Assembly (NCBI GenBank): GCA_976226885.1
Contig: OZ320317.1
Location: 77,810,001 to 77,874,000 of the forward strand
DNA: 64,000 bases
Reading direction: 5' to 3'
From: Iphione sp. A-MEVVRFRX5
Lineage: Eukaryota
This document shows positions 25,918-40,200 of this stretch, in pieces; the first letter of the stretch is position 1, and every line of letters begins with the position of its first letter. The notes below the pieces were generated by a model. That model was given only the letters and a program-made list of their open reading frames with translations. It did no database searches and was not told the DNA's origin. Made by a program: the position numbers and the translations under genes.

Positions 25918-28900
25918 TGGTCATCTGAAACAAGATAGGAAAAAACTAAAGTAGGGTACGATAGGGAAAAAAACTAAAGTAGGGTAAGTCGAAAAGGGTT
26001 CTAAAATGTTGTCTTTGTGTGGAACCACGGGAAACAGCGGAGTGCAACCATAAAACCAGCGCCGTGATTAACGGCCGAAAAAGGCTCACATTCCTGATCC
26101 GGGAGCCAAATTAGTGGGACGTTCCAATCAATTGATTCATTTGATGCGTCCGTTTTTCTCGTCCAATTCTGCGGTAAGAAGCGGCCTAGTGCCTCCATCG
26201 CGTTCTTTGCAATCTGCGCGAGAGATAAAAGAAGGCAGGCCGCGGAGATGGCATGACGGCAGGCGGCCAGGCTCAGGCGGTGGAGGTTTGGAAGGAGAGC
26301 GGAGCTATCATAGTGTACGAGGCGACAAGGTGGCAGCCTTTGGGGGCGGGGGGACAGGATGGAGCAGGTGTTCAGGGTCGAGCTGCTCTCTGGAAAGAAA
26401 TGTAGAAATTTCTACGCATACTGAAAAGACACGAGAAATGATTTGGTGCTGGAGGAAGCCCTTTACCGTTACTGCGGTAAAGGTTTCAATGTCCCCGGCG
26501 AAAGTGAAAAGTGAAAAGTCTCCGCCAATTCATGAGCCACGAGAAAATAATTTGTGGGTTGAGTTTTGGTTGGATAGGAATTCCTAAAATGAAGGTGCTC
26601 GGTCGTGGGGAGCGGTGCAGGGATAGGAATACACGGCCTGCGGATGCCAGGGCATTTTCCTCTCAGGGGTGGGAAGGCCCGGCCATGGCAGTCGGATGGA
26701 GGAAGCCGCACAAAAAAACGCCGAACCCGAGCCGCAATTCAAGATCTAAACGCTGGCAATCAAATCCTCCTCTCTTCCTGATTCCCGTGTGCATGTGTGT
26801 GTGTGTGTGTTAGAGGCAGTGTGTGTAAAGAAGAGTGGAAGGGAGGGACTACTGGAGGGAGGGAGATTCCTGATGTCACACGCTCTATCATGGTCCGCTC
26901 AAATGTCATTAAAATGCACTCAAAAAACACTATCGCCCTCTAATGGGCTTCGGCAGCACTCAAAGCGTCTCCCCAATCTCCTGCTGCCGACGGGCTGGCG
27001 CGCGGCCTCCGCCAAGTCTTTAATGGCTGAGAGGATAGAAAAAAACTTAATTATTCTAATTGGGGTCATGGGAAATGTCTTTCCGGCACGCGGGGTTTAA
27101 TTGGGGGCATCCCTGAAAACAATAGAGAAGAAATGGAATCAAGTGCTTAAACTTTGAGTCGATAAGCCTTTTGATTTGAGCTGGTCTGCCTGGATGTAGC
27201 CTTTAATGACTGCTGTGGTTTCTGTGGCGGCTCCTTTTTAGTCTTGAGCCTTTAATATCGATAAGATCGGTGAGATAGGGCGTGAGATACATGTACTGGA
27301 GGATCGCCCCGCTCTCCTACCAACTGCTCACTCTAATCAGATAAGAAATGTTGCCTGGTTTACACAAAATACGGCTGAGTACCGATGGCAGCGCGATAAA
27401 CGGGGTTGTCATTGGGCTCCATACTTTATTACATTGTATCATAAATGTGCAGCTTCAACAAAATTGATGAAGGTTGCCTCCCTCCTAAAGGCAAAACATG
27501 ACTTTGGTACAATCCGACGATATGTTTGTTGCCCATATGTTTTCCAGTTGAGACTGATCATGAAACATGTAATTAGGGTTGTTTCTCCTAAACTAAGATT
27601 TCGGAATGTTTTCGTCACTTGAACGATTTGTTTATTTCAGAACAAAGAAACTTTTCTCCTCGTAAGAAAGTTATTTTTTGCCATAATTATTACTGTTTTG
27701 GACCTTTTAATGCAAGTAATTCGAAATACATACTCACCAATAACAGTTCGCTCTAATAAAATGTCCCTATAATTTGCTACGTGTAGTACAAACGAGAGAG
27801 GGAATCTTGGAGCCACTGTTTAGTTTTACTACTTGTAACATGGAAGCAGTTTGCAGCCTCGTATTCAATGAGACTATGGGTACTAATAGGAGACCAGAAG
27901 ACAGAGCAAACGCCTCCAAAGGGTCACATAATTCTTTAATTATAGGGCATAGTCTGTCTCCCTTGTGGTGTTCAAAGATCAAGTGTTGCAGACATTCCAT
28001 TTGCTTGTAGGTTGGCCTCTAATCAATGGCGTTAGGATAAGAAATTTTCATTTGCACCTGTATATGATTGGCACTTCTGTATGCGTGCGATTCCTTATAA
28101 AATGCGAAAATGCACGCAGAAATCGCTGTCCGAATGCTCATTGCTTCACCCTGTTTTCTTTGGGAATCGGGGAAATTCTGACATCAAGTATGCTTTTGAT
28201 AGTAATATGGCAGTCTATAAGAGAAAAACTCATCCGGAAATATCATATTTTGAAATACTGAATATTCGGGATTCCAGTTCCGACTATATAACGCTGTGAC
28301 GTCTCTTAAGATGTTTTCAAGTTTCAAGACCCCAGTGTTGCAGACATTCCATGTTGTTTACACGATAGCAACTAATGATTAGATATGATTTTACTAATAC
28401 TAAAACTGTTTTGGTGAGGTGACCAAAACATGTCCCTACCTAATGTTCTAAAAAAACAAAATGGCGTCCGCCATCTCCATTCGATTTTTTCACACATTAC
28501 TATGAAGTAAACGGGAGTTTTTAGTCATCTAAACCAAACAAGTAGGTTCTATTGAACATACAGTTCGACGTTGGAGACATAGTTTAACAGTTATAAGGTT
28601 TTAACTCTTCACATTTTATGATAAGTTATCCTCTCCCAAACCGGATGTTGACAAAGTTTATACACTCTAAGCACGCTCAGAAAACCGGAAGTCAGCACCA
28701 AAACAAACAAGGTCGAATTTAGCAGGAGGCCAAGTTACTTTGGTAATGCATTAAAATTAACCAAAGAGTATTTCAGAACAATGTTTAAGCATAGACAATT
28801 CAACGTTTGGTACCCGTGACCAGACACTCAGTCCTCGAGATGTGGTTCCGTCAGCCTACGGCAGGCTTGACAACATCTGTCGGGCCTCATTTTTGGTCAC

Positions 28901-31210
28901 ATGTACCAAACGTAATTGTAAATACTTAATCATTAAGATTAAAACCCTGTCGGCTGCAGCTGTGTGATATTACACCAGTAATGTTTGTTACTAAGAATGT
29001 CCAAAGGTCATACTTGTGGTATTTGCTATACTATGTGTATTAGTTTCCGTTCTCGCTCTCGATCCGCTCCACCAAAATGACTTCTCTGCAGCGCGCTCGC
29101 TTGCTCTGTTCTGTCCGCTCGCCTTCAGACGTAGACCTTCACTATTCTAACAGCACACTAAACATTGCATCACATATCTTGTTATTGTAACGTTGCTTTG
29201 ACGTTATGATACATAACTGATAGCCTTAGAAAGTCAATTTGAGTAAGATTTCCACACTGCAGAACTGCCCATTTGACGCTTGAAAGTTAGGTTTGACCCA
29301 TTGTTACAACAAGCTTTCGAGTTTTTTTAAAATGACACTTGAGTAGTCAAAGTGAACGCAGGTTTCTGCTAGTGAGTATATTATCTTGTTTTAAACTTGT
29401 GCAGATCTCCAGAAAACGATGTCTCAAATTGTCTCCACCCTGGGTCATGTGAATCTTTGTTAGCGTTCATGACTAATATATATGCACCAGGCTCAACCTT
29501 AAACAGATGGCTTTTACTGCTGCCGCTCTGTTCACTTTTCATTCTCATGGAGAGAATCCATTGTCTAATAGATCTGAATAGAATGACACTGAACAATCCC
29601 AACTCGCTTGATATACGCGCCCGTAGGCCCCCCCCCCCCAATCCCGTTGCCCAGGTCTCATGAATATTCATTATATGCATTAAAAGTGGTCTACCGCGCG
29701 GCTTTTGCGAACCATATGCCACCGCCAAGGGTGAGGTGGATGGGAGGGTGGGCGCCGTGTGTGCATGTCACCTTCGCTAATTGCGTTATTAGCCGTGGCG
29801 GAAAGCGAGCGTCACAACGCTATGTCGGTGGTTTAACTACCATGGCAACGGCTTGCCCTGCTCTCCCAGTCCTGCCTCCTGCTGATGGCCCCACCTGTGC
29901 TACTCCCCATCCCCCACCCACCTCAAACTCCAATTCCCCCTCATCTCCTATACAGACTCTCCAACGCTCCAGGTGAGAGTGTGATGCGTTGAATGGAGGC
30001 CAGGATTGAAGCAACCGCGCGCTGGTCGAGTATAGAACCGCCGGCGCGGGTACAGTGCGCCACTGTGCGTTTGGCCCCTGCCTAAAGTGGCATAGCGTGT
30101 TTGCCGTAGAATGGCCAGAGTGGCCTATACGTGCTGGTCGAGATGCGGCGACACAGTCAATAAGCTTGTTCCTTGGCATTGAAAATAGCAACGACAAACA
30201 ATAACAGGTGGATCGTATGCTTAAATAGTATACATGCCGAATTTAAATTAACTAAGATCATAAAGTGTGTGTGAAAAAATCAAGATGATTGAAACTGTGT
30301 TCGACAGGTGAATGGCAATAATATAATGAAGTCGGGGACAATTGTGTCTCGTTGCATGTTTATTTGTTTGAGAATATCAGACATGGACAATGAAATGTAT
30401 TTCAATACGGATACATTTATTCAAAGTTTCTGCCTTTAGTAGTGCATATTTGTAGGATTGGGTCGATTTGCAGGGGTGCAATTGCATGAGATAGAAACCA
30501 ATCACGTGAACACATGATACATACGGTCTGACACAGCTGTGACATAAAAAGGAGGAATTTCTCTTGATGACAAATATATATACAATGTATATATATATTT
30601 TTCGGCGACCACGTTTCCAAAATGGCGGTTGTTTTATGCCAGAGAAAAACATCCTTAGGTCAAATTCTCCTTCTCTCCCTTCTTCTGCCTCCTCTGGCTC
30701 TCCACCCACAGGCCCCTTCACTCCTTCGGCAACTCCCAACTCCTCTTCTTTTGGGCCTTTCCTTTTAAACCAACCGACCCAGCGGTCGTCACGTAACTTC
30801 ATTGATTAATTATTAAGTTGGTCGGTAATCTAATCAGCAGAGCTGGGATGGGTGGTGCCTCTCGCTCACCTCCTGATTGCCAATCCTTCTTGCATTATGG
30901 TCAACGCCAGTGGCCGTTAACTATGTCATAGTCATTGAACCGCAAGCAGTTCAATCAGCATCGCCTCCAAACAGGTTCCCAAGATCCCAGGGTAGAGACC
31001 TCCATCGCCATTACTGGTTAGTCCAACTTGATATTGGAAGGCTTTTCGCCTGTTGTTGTGCACAAGGCAAGATGAAGGATACACCTACAATGTATATTAA
31101 ACATATCTCACAACAAATATCTATGTACGCATCCTTAAATAAATGCAATATATGTGCAGGCACCGTAATTCCGTTTCCAAGCCATAAAAAGTAAATTGTT
31201 CATACTTTTG

Positions 31211-31235
31211 ATTGAATTGAATTCAATGTTTATTG
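31211..31235 (-). repeat. AATAAA plus (ATTCA)n-type tail, likely 3' end of a truncated retroposon
   Basis: attgaattgaattcaatgtttattg reads caataaacattgaattcaattcaat on the - strand. Confidence 0.3.
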
Positions 31236-34200
31236 AGCCGCAATGTCTGACGCGATAGGATGTTCTTCAATTGAGCTTCATAGAAATACTTCAGGATAGA
31301 GGTACATTGTGGTGTACTTTTTATACTGTCGTTTTAAACAGACAACCTGTATTCAATTACGTCATCATTAACTTTGGAACCACTCATATTGCTAATAACG
31401 TTTCTTTCATCATATAGCCACGTCACCTTCCTAACAGGTCATACAGGGTACATAATTATTATATGGAAAAATGCAGCTCAGAAAAAAACCAACTCCTCTT
31501 AAAAAATACCAGATCACGATCCGAAGGAGACAATCCTATGGAAAAATGTTCGTTTACACCATAGGTCTGTTTCATTGTATGTTACTTTTCTATGCTAACG
31601 CCAACGCAGCATTTCGTATTCGCAGTTTACTCAGACAAGATGCTCTTTATGCAGATTTACATTTATAATACCACAAGGGGGAGGTAGGCAACTGCACTTC
31701 ATATATAGTGCAAAGTTCCTGCTTCCAACAATTTCGTTGCGTTTACTAGTTATCACTGTCACCGTCGTGGGACGTGCAGACGCCCTATTCGCCCGGTTTC
31801 TTGCTCGCTGTCACTCTTGTGACAAACTCTCTCATGGTCTCTACACTGTAGTGACGCTACAGAAGGCGCCAGTCGGGCACCAGGGTAAAACATTCAACGT
31901 ATTTTACAGTATGCGACATATATATATATATACGGCAGAACGTCAGACAGTTTCTTCCCCCCTCTGCCTGTAATATTGTCCATGTATTGGTCCGACCTAG
32001 CTGTGTTCGGAAAAAGCTATGATGATGTATTGAAAACGGAGAGGGATGGTGGAGCTGGGGGGGTGGTGGAGGTTGGGGGGATAAAGCCAGCGGCGTCGGC
32101 GGCTGTGGGACATATGAGGAGCTGCTACCTGTTTTGTCAAGGCCTGTCGCATCGGGCCCTCGCGCAAACCGACTCTCCCGGCGCCCGAGTAACTCGACCC
32201 GTCCAGCCGACGACAATGACGCTTCCGGTGACGTCATAACGTGGCTGCATGATCCGTTTTAACCAGTCATGTGTCGTCCTTTAATGCGCGTCGCCATTTT
32301 GACGTTACCAGTTTGAACCCGATGTACAGACGATCAATAATTGCGACACTCTAGTTTCTGAATGATCCCTAGAAGTTTGAATAGAAGACCTACCTCGCAG
32401 CTACTCAATAGAAAATGACAATATGAACAAGAGTGTATATTAAGTCTGTTCTAAAAGGAGGTTTTACAGGCTAATCATTAATAATTATGGTTGGGACATT
32501 TTAAGCGTGTTGGATGGTTTTATCAACCGAAAAATGCCATAAGTTAATATACGGTTGCGACGGGTTATAAGTAGCATAATTTTCCACCAAATTTTTCATC
32601 TGTTATCAAAAAAACTACAAGGAATGAAAACAAGCAACGGAGCACCGAAGAAAAACTAGAACCATGACTCGTGGTGCATTAGTGTGTGAACAATGGCGAC
32701 TGCGGGCCCTGGTAATGGCCTCATCCGTGCCCAGCAGACGACATTTTGGCGGAGTCGGTGCAAAAAAACCCTCATCATCGCGGCGGGCATTGTCCGCTGG
32801 CGTTATTGGCAGGCCGAGGTAGGGTGAGAATTGGGGCTGGAGATATCGGCAGTGGGGAGAGCAAGGGAAGGGATCGGTACTGTGGGAGAGGCAAAGAGGA
32901 GGGAGAGGATGGTGGGTGGGATGGAAGGGTGGGAGGACCGAGTAATCTGTGCTCATTGTCATGTCGCCGAGGCTAGTTGTGACTCCCGCCTGAACGCCGC
33001 CCTAATTCTGTACTCTACCTACCGATCTGCGCCCCCCCCCACCCACTCACCCACCCACCCACCCAATCAACCCCTCCCAACACACACACGTCGGACCAGG
33101 CCGAATCCCCAATGAATCGTTCGGGGGGTGGCCGGTTTGTAGACCACAAAGGCACCGCCAGGTTTCGTTGGGCCCAAAGACCATGGAAGCCTCCAGGGAC
33201 TCGCAGCAGCTCTATCCTTGATGACTCGGAGCAATCACAGACACCTTCAGCTCACCCAAACTCCAGCCCAATTTTCTCTGCCCTACTACGCCTGCCCCTC
33301 AGTCGTTCTCGGTAACTCACAGCCTAGGAGCTCTCCTTACCCAGCCTCACAAAGCGGGCGATGCATACTCCACCATGCATCAATAGTCTTACATAGTAGC
33401 CAATATCTCGCTCGCCTACGGGGCTACATCTTCCGCCCTTTTTAACAGGAAATGCCCCGCCATTGGCCAGACGCGAAATCGCCGTCTCAGGCAGTTTTGG
33501 TATGGGACTCGGGGGGGAGGCTGGTTCTCCCGGCGGTCCGTGCCCTACAAGGGGAAGCTGCGCCGTGAGAGGCTAGGGACTTACATTTGGGGAGGAGGAC
33601 TCAAAAGGGGGGAGAGTCCGTGCTTCAGATCTACCGACGTCGCCGTAAGCGATTGCTTTGAAACTGAAACGAGGCGCTGGCCCCGATGCTGCGATGCCAT
33701 GATGCAACCGGCGTCCCGCCGCCGACGCGCCACCGTCACTACAAGGGATTTCAAAATTAGCCAAATCACGGCCGACGGAGGCTGCGGTGGCGGCGGCTTG
33801 TTTGGCGGCCCGGAGAATAAGAAACGGACTGAGGCATATATGGCAAACGCGACGGCGAAGTAAACGTAAAGAATAAAAGAGGACATGGGTGGGGGAGGGG
33901 AGGGAGGGCGAAAAAGAGAGGAGCCTTGGGCTGAGGAGGTGGAGTAGGCGGCCCGCACGGGAGGTCCCCCGTCTGTCCTCACAGGCTGCTGACTTTACAA
34001 TATAGATGCGTGCGGAAAAAGTGACGGCGTAATTAGGAGGCCTTTTATGTCCCGAGAGGAACGTTATCGGCGAGAAACGCCCTCCTGAGACATCGAGCAC
34101 AAAGCAGCAAGACAGAGGCGGGCCCCTGTGAAGAGAGCGCACTAGGAGCGTACGAGGGAATTAGTGCAAGCAACAGCAGCTTCGACGAGAGGAATGTCAG

Positions 34201-37200
34201 CGATAGTGGTAAATGGCTGTGCGAAAAATACCAGGCGATAAAAATGTACAAGGGGCTGTCTTTAAAAAAAAAAGTAAAACAGCAAGAAAGCTGTGCAAGG
34301 TGCATAGAAACTCTAAACATTTACTACACCGTTCATGAAGACAAGGCTGTTCTGAGGCTTGAAAACAGAAGGCTCCCCTAGTCCCATCCCACTGTAGTAC
34401 GCAACATTACCTTCTATAAGAAAATAAAGGCCAAAGAAAGTATGGACATGTGTTGGTGTACCTACTCAAGAAAATAGCCTTTTAGGAAAATTAATACCGC
34501 TTGCATCTTTTTAACAAGGACGGAAATATCGTACCTTAAAAAAGTCGAAATTGCTGTGATAGATCTGCATTAGCAAGCTCCATTTGCAATATGACCAGGC
34601 TACTTTTTAATGCTCATCAGTAGAGAGACGACTTGTGCCACCTGGGATATGTTCATAGAAGATGGAGGCTTAGGGGAACCGATCTCCACTGCTTGCGATT
34701 GGGAGTCAAGACACGCCATAAAGTACTGTAGGAAATACAGGTACACATGTTAGCTTGCCAGCAGGCATGGAGAAATGCACACAACCCCAGAGGACCTGGC
34801 GAAGAAAAAAAAACTTAAGCCATATAATCAAAACCATGTCCAAAGTTAACCTTTAAATATCAATCCATCCTGTCGATCTGAGTCCATGAGCTTCATTATG
34901 TTAACATTCGAAAGCACAAAGATTTGTACAACCTTCGTTCACAGGCTGAATTCCATGTATCTTCTGCTTCAGTGCAATTCGAACATTATCATTCTGTATC
35001 CAAAAAATATCTCACAGGACACGCCTAAAATTTGTTCCTGCATTGTTTCCGTCCTGCCACTGCTCTTATGTACACTTATTGAAATCACATGACAGGTCGA
35101 TCATTCATAACAGAAAATGTGGATCCAACCTGAAAGAAGAATTTGGTTTCTCATATTTCAGGCTGTTTTAGTTTCAAACCCCCGATTGTAGGAAATAAAC
35201 GACGAAGAAAGTTGAGATCAAATCAAACACGCTGGCCTTTTTCCTCTCCCCTTTTGAAAATGTCGATCGTCCTGGAAGCGTTGCTGGGATTAATCAGCTT
35301 AAGTGCATGGATTCGGCCTGGTCCTCTGTGTGTGGTTTGGAGGCGTGTTCCTCGGTGCGTGCGTGCACATGTGTGTGTTTGTGACGAGAAGGGTGCCTGA
35401 GGGGCCTGGGAGACCAGTGGAGACTAGGGAGAAGTTGGTGGAGACCATGACAGTCTAGGTGAAATTTAGAGAGAACCATTGAAGGTCATGCACACAAGGG
35501 AGTTTGGTAAAGTCTTGGGAAGGCCAGTTGTTACTTTAAGAGGTCGCCAAAGGCTTGAATGGGAGAACTGTAGAGTAACACGATGGGGCTGAGGCGGGAG
35601 CCTGGCCCGGTCCAGGGTCCCCCACACCTCTGAAGGCATCGAGTAGTAGGCGTGGGGAAGTGATGGTCGAACTGGGAGTCCATTAGCTTAACACGTTCTT
35701 CACGGTTGAATCTTTTATTGGTGACACAGGGCCGCTGCCGTTGTGATGTCGGGCACCGCCCTCTTCGATTCTGTGCCACTTATTGTTTAGTGAATGGGCA
35801 AGGCATGCGTCCTTGGTAGTTGCTTGGTAACCTTTGTCAAATGTCACGGTCCACGTTACAGCTATAGTAATATATCATAGAACCAGAGCTATTGCAAAAG
35901 ATTCCCATGGCTTCGGATTGTTACAGCGAAAAAGAGAGGACGAATGAGTAAATTAAAGAGGGAGAGAGAGGTAGCACGAAGAAGGAGAGACGAAAGGAAA
36001 GGAGAAAAGAAAGATGTTACAAAGAATTAAAGATGAAAACATTAAATGAAAAACAGAGAAAAGAAGAATAAGTGAAGATGGTTCAATTAAGCAAACTACC
36101 CATGGCTTCAAGCACTGTGACGTAGCCCTACTGGAAAATAATTTTCTACCAGTCATGTAACATGTGTACATATACATTTCCGTAAAGTACACGTACTTAG
36201 TATTTAAGAGACAGATGCAAACTAGACATTTCCAGTCCGAGTTCATAAAGCCCAACGTAGCCCTTGGCATAGAGGTACAGTCCCTATTTATTATTCAGAT
36301 CTCAGTGCGCGCTTACTGGTTAATACTAAAATAACAGACGGTCCTCTTCTCGGCCCAGGCACACAGAAACCACACACCCCACCGCTCAAAGTGAGGCTTA
36401 TTCTTAAAGATGTATATCATTATGTCTAAAACATAATCGAATATCACTTAACAAGTCTCTATAAGTCTAAAACAGCAGAAACACGATATGGCGGACTTCG
36501 GAAGGGAACTCAGTCTCAACGTGATGCTCTCTTTTACTGTTATCTATTAGATCCAAGTAGAACACTCCCTAAAGATAATACAGCTGTCACCTAACAACAA
36601 CCGCACATAACATATTACATATTCGAATTAATATTAACCGTCATGGTTCAATCAGAGTTATTTCATGTTGTATACACAAGAGAGCCACTGTCAAGTACAC
36701 TAATGCAACTCAACACTAGAATACCTCGTATCCAGTTAGCTTATCCCAATTGCCCAACAGTCTGAGACGATATAGGTATACTTAACAGTCTAATATCTAT
36801 ACAGTACAATAGTCTACAAGACTACAGCCCAGGTTTTATACCCAAATTCAAATGCCTACTGCCCAATGGCAATTTAGTAGCCATTCCCCACCATTTGAAA
36901 AACACTGCCAAATAGTCCTATGAAGCAGTCTACTACCCAACAAGAACGACCTGATATCAACTGATCAACTGTCAAGAAGCCATTACATCACTCCTACAGC
37001 CCAACACCGTCAGCCCCACAGACTGGTACCTAACACGCGCCTCACGGCTTCGCCTGCTCTCTCAGTGCAATCAATGGCAATGCTATGTCAAGCATCTCCC
37101 GTTTCGCGTCCAGTCGGCCCGGCGTGCAGCTTTCGGGCTGAGTGAGACGGCTAGGGACGCGGCCGTCGGCTCCCCGTGTTAACTCCGCAAACAGTCAGGC

Positions 37201-40200
37201 GTTAATGGCGTCGGGTAGCGTCAGGGGGCGTCCCCACACATCCCCGTCTGTAGCCGACGCCCATACAGCATGCCCATCAACTCTGAGGCCTGGGGTACAG
37301 GAGCGAGCAGACGTGAGAGGAATATGCATCTTTATTTGAGTGCATTAATGAAACTGCCTTTCCATTTACCTTTTGCTCTAATAAGGAAAGTGGGGGCAAT
37401 TCCCTTGCACCTTTCTCTGCGTGTGTTGTCTGTGGAAATCGTGAGATTTTTTCCCTCTTTTTTTGCCCTGTCGTACCGATAAGTTTCTCATACCGTTTCT
37501 CTCTACTGCTCAGTCGAAGAATCTTGAACCACAACAAATTAATCACAAATCAACCCGTTAAGTCTGGTTAACGACCCGCGCCTCGGCTATAATCTCATCA
37601 ACTAAGTGCTGACATTTACGATCCTCATCAAATTAAAACCTCTTGTAGATAGATTACCTCCATGGGCTTTTATTTTCCAAACCTTCCCCAGTGTGATGCT
37701 AGTATGTGGGCAGGGAGTTTCAAAGAGCGGTGAGCAATTCTGAAAGGATAGCGGCTCTTTCTGGATGATATATGCGCTCTTTTTTCATGAAAGTGTTTCC
37801 CACGTTAGGCTACTATGCATCTAGCTTAGACACTACCAGTGCCCGTGGTTCGTACAATCATAACACATGCCGCCTTTAGGATTCGATTATCTTGATGGTA
37901 TCTGTTGGGTGTCTAATAGTTTTTGTTTTAGCGGATGTACAGCTTACAGACTAATATTAAAGGTGAACGATCGAAAAGGTTCATCTGTTGCGCTCTGCTT
38001 CCCAAGTCAATAAATCTGATCCATTGGCAGATTGTAGCAAGGAACCTATTAGTTCCAGGGACTGTTTTCTCCGTGGTTATATCATCTAACTGAGCGAATC
38101 GATGAGGCGGGTCCATCGTTATCCCCATTGGCTGAGCAGCTCAAGTGGCAAGTCCATTGGAGAGCTGCTCACCTCGCCGACCCGCCGAGACAAAGCCAGT
38201 ACATTCTTGAGAGATTGGTCGTCGTATTAGCGCAGACTTTCTGACGGGCCTACGCCGACCCCAGGCCTATAGCGCGCCAGGGCAGACACCAAGCCAAATC
38301 CAAGCGCCTTCCTCTCCCCGCCATACATCGACCAGCCCCCATTCTCCTCTCTATACTAACTCTTCCGACGCCCGCCCTATTTTCGCCCCACATTCAGGGC
38401 CCTTCGTCTCAACTTACCCACGTACCCTGCCAACCAATCCTCCCATCTATAGTTCCTGTCGTTCTCCTATCCATCGCCCTCTCTCTCTCGCCCACCCCCT
38501 CTGTCCTCTTTCGTGGGCGACACGTCCATCTCCACGTCCCACGATCCCCCCTTCACCAGTGAAAAGCCATTGCTCGTGTGGCCAGCCGGCGCCGGTGACC
38601 GCGCCGTGCCCCGAATAAGGGCGGCAGCGTCGACGCCGGGATTTACCCGCGGACTTCGGTGTCAGCGCCGGTAAATAAAAGCCGGGCGGCGCCCGCTACT
38701 GGGCGATGGCGGCAGCGCGGCTAAAATGGTGGGATCTGTTTGCGAAAGCACCCTCCCCCCCCTCACCACCGCCCGGCTAGCCCCCTCCCCCCACCCGAGA
38801 AGAGCACCATCCAACAGTGCCATGTCTCCCTCTCTTCCACCTACCCACCCGCCAACGTTCACAATGGCGACTGGCGCACCGGAAGACGCCTAGCTAACCG
38901 GAAACAGTAGGCCTTTTCATCGACCATGCCTGCGCCGGACAGATTCCCCGAAGTCGCACGGTGACGCTTCTGTCCCCGAGGACCCCGGGGGACCTACTGG
39001 GAAAACAAGGCCTCTTTAGGCGTGTGGTCTCCTCTAGCACATCTCGCGGTCCTGCGAGGGATGATGAGGAAGAAATAGGAGCTGTGATGGGAAAGAAAGT
39101 CCGGCACTTTGTATTGTACCTTGCCGGCGCTACTGACCTTTATCGACAGTAAACCTGCCGAAGTAGTAACGGGGAAGTTCCATAGGGCATACGACGCTTT
39201 TAAACTAGGATATGACGTCACTCTTTGCTATCACCATCGGAGACTCTGAACTAGTTGAGATGTGATAGCACAGAGCTGCACTTAACGATAGCACTAACAC
39301 TGTTATCGCAGCCCATGCCGTGTCGCGAACTCTCTCACAATACCGATATGCAAATCCTCCGTCGGGCAGCACACTCATCGCATACGATACCATATATCTT
39401 CTTTATACCCAGATTAGCACTCAAGAATCTGTATTTCATAACATACAGACAGCAGATGGACGGCCATACCCGCTTTATAACAGAAATAACAAAGTGCACC
39501 ATAGAAGGTTCTAGGTCACTCCATATCGTCGATCACCGACCCGAAGCTTACAACAATATCGCCCTTTACTTTCGAGCAAGCTTTCACAATCTTTTTTTTC
39601 TTAGCTCGATGAGGACGACGTCTCGGTGTAATTCCTTGATGAGGATGGCTCTTAGGCTGCTGTAACCCCCTCAACTTATTCATACCCGTGGGAATCCGTC
39701 GCGCTTATAGCACATTGACGCGACAGAGAAAGGCTTTTAGGACGTGTTAACCTTTCAGGAATCAAGACAGCGCGGAGAGCATGCTTTCAACTGTCTAGAC
39801 GGCCGTTGCTTTGCACCAAACGTTCTTCGACCGCCACTCATATCATACTTTCCACTCTATCATATGGCATGGTATCTTTATATATGTATATATTCCTCAA
39901 ATATCTAACACGAAGCCATTTCGCACGTAGTTCTGTAGTTATCTACTCTTGACCTCGGCAGTCGGAAACCGATTCCCACAACATTTATTAGAGATAACAA
40001 CCTGTGCTATGGGCGTCTGGTGATATATCATTTAGTTAAACAGATTTTTTTTACACGTCAGGGAGAACGCGATCATTACTAGGGGGTGAAAAAACCCACT
40101 GCAGCTTATCGCCTTCTGCGCCAGATTTTTTTCTAATACCGAATGGTATCAGTGGGTGCCACCGTGCCGCATCGACATATTTCCTTCTGGGACGCCTGTG

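Noticed and set aside
38133-38171. 10-bp perfect hairpin TGAGCAGCTC...GAGCTGCTCA
   Set aside because: About two such stems are expected by chance in this window.
32689-38878. ACAATGGCGACTG at two sites as a possible primer-binding site after an LTR
   Set aside because: Not complementary to a tRNA 3' end I know; a 13-mer match is expected by chance in 64 kb.
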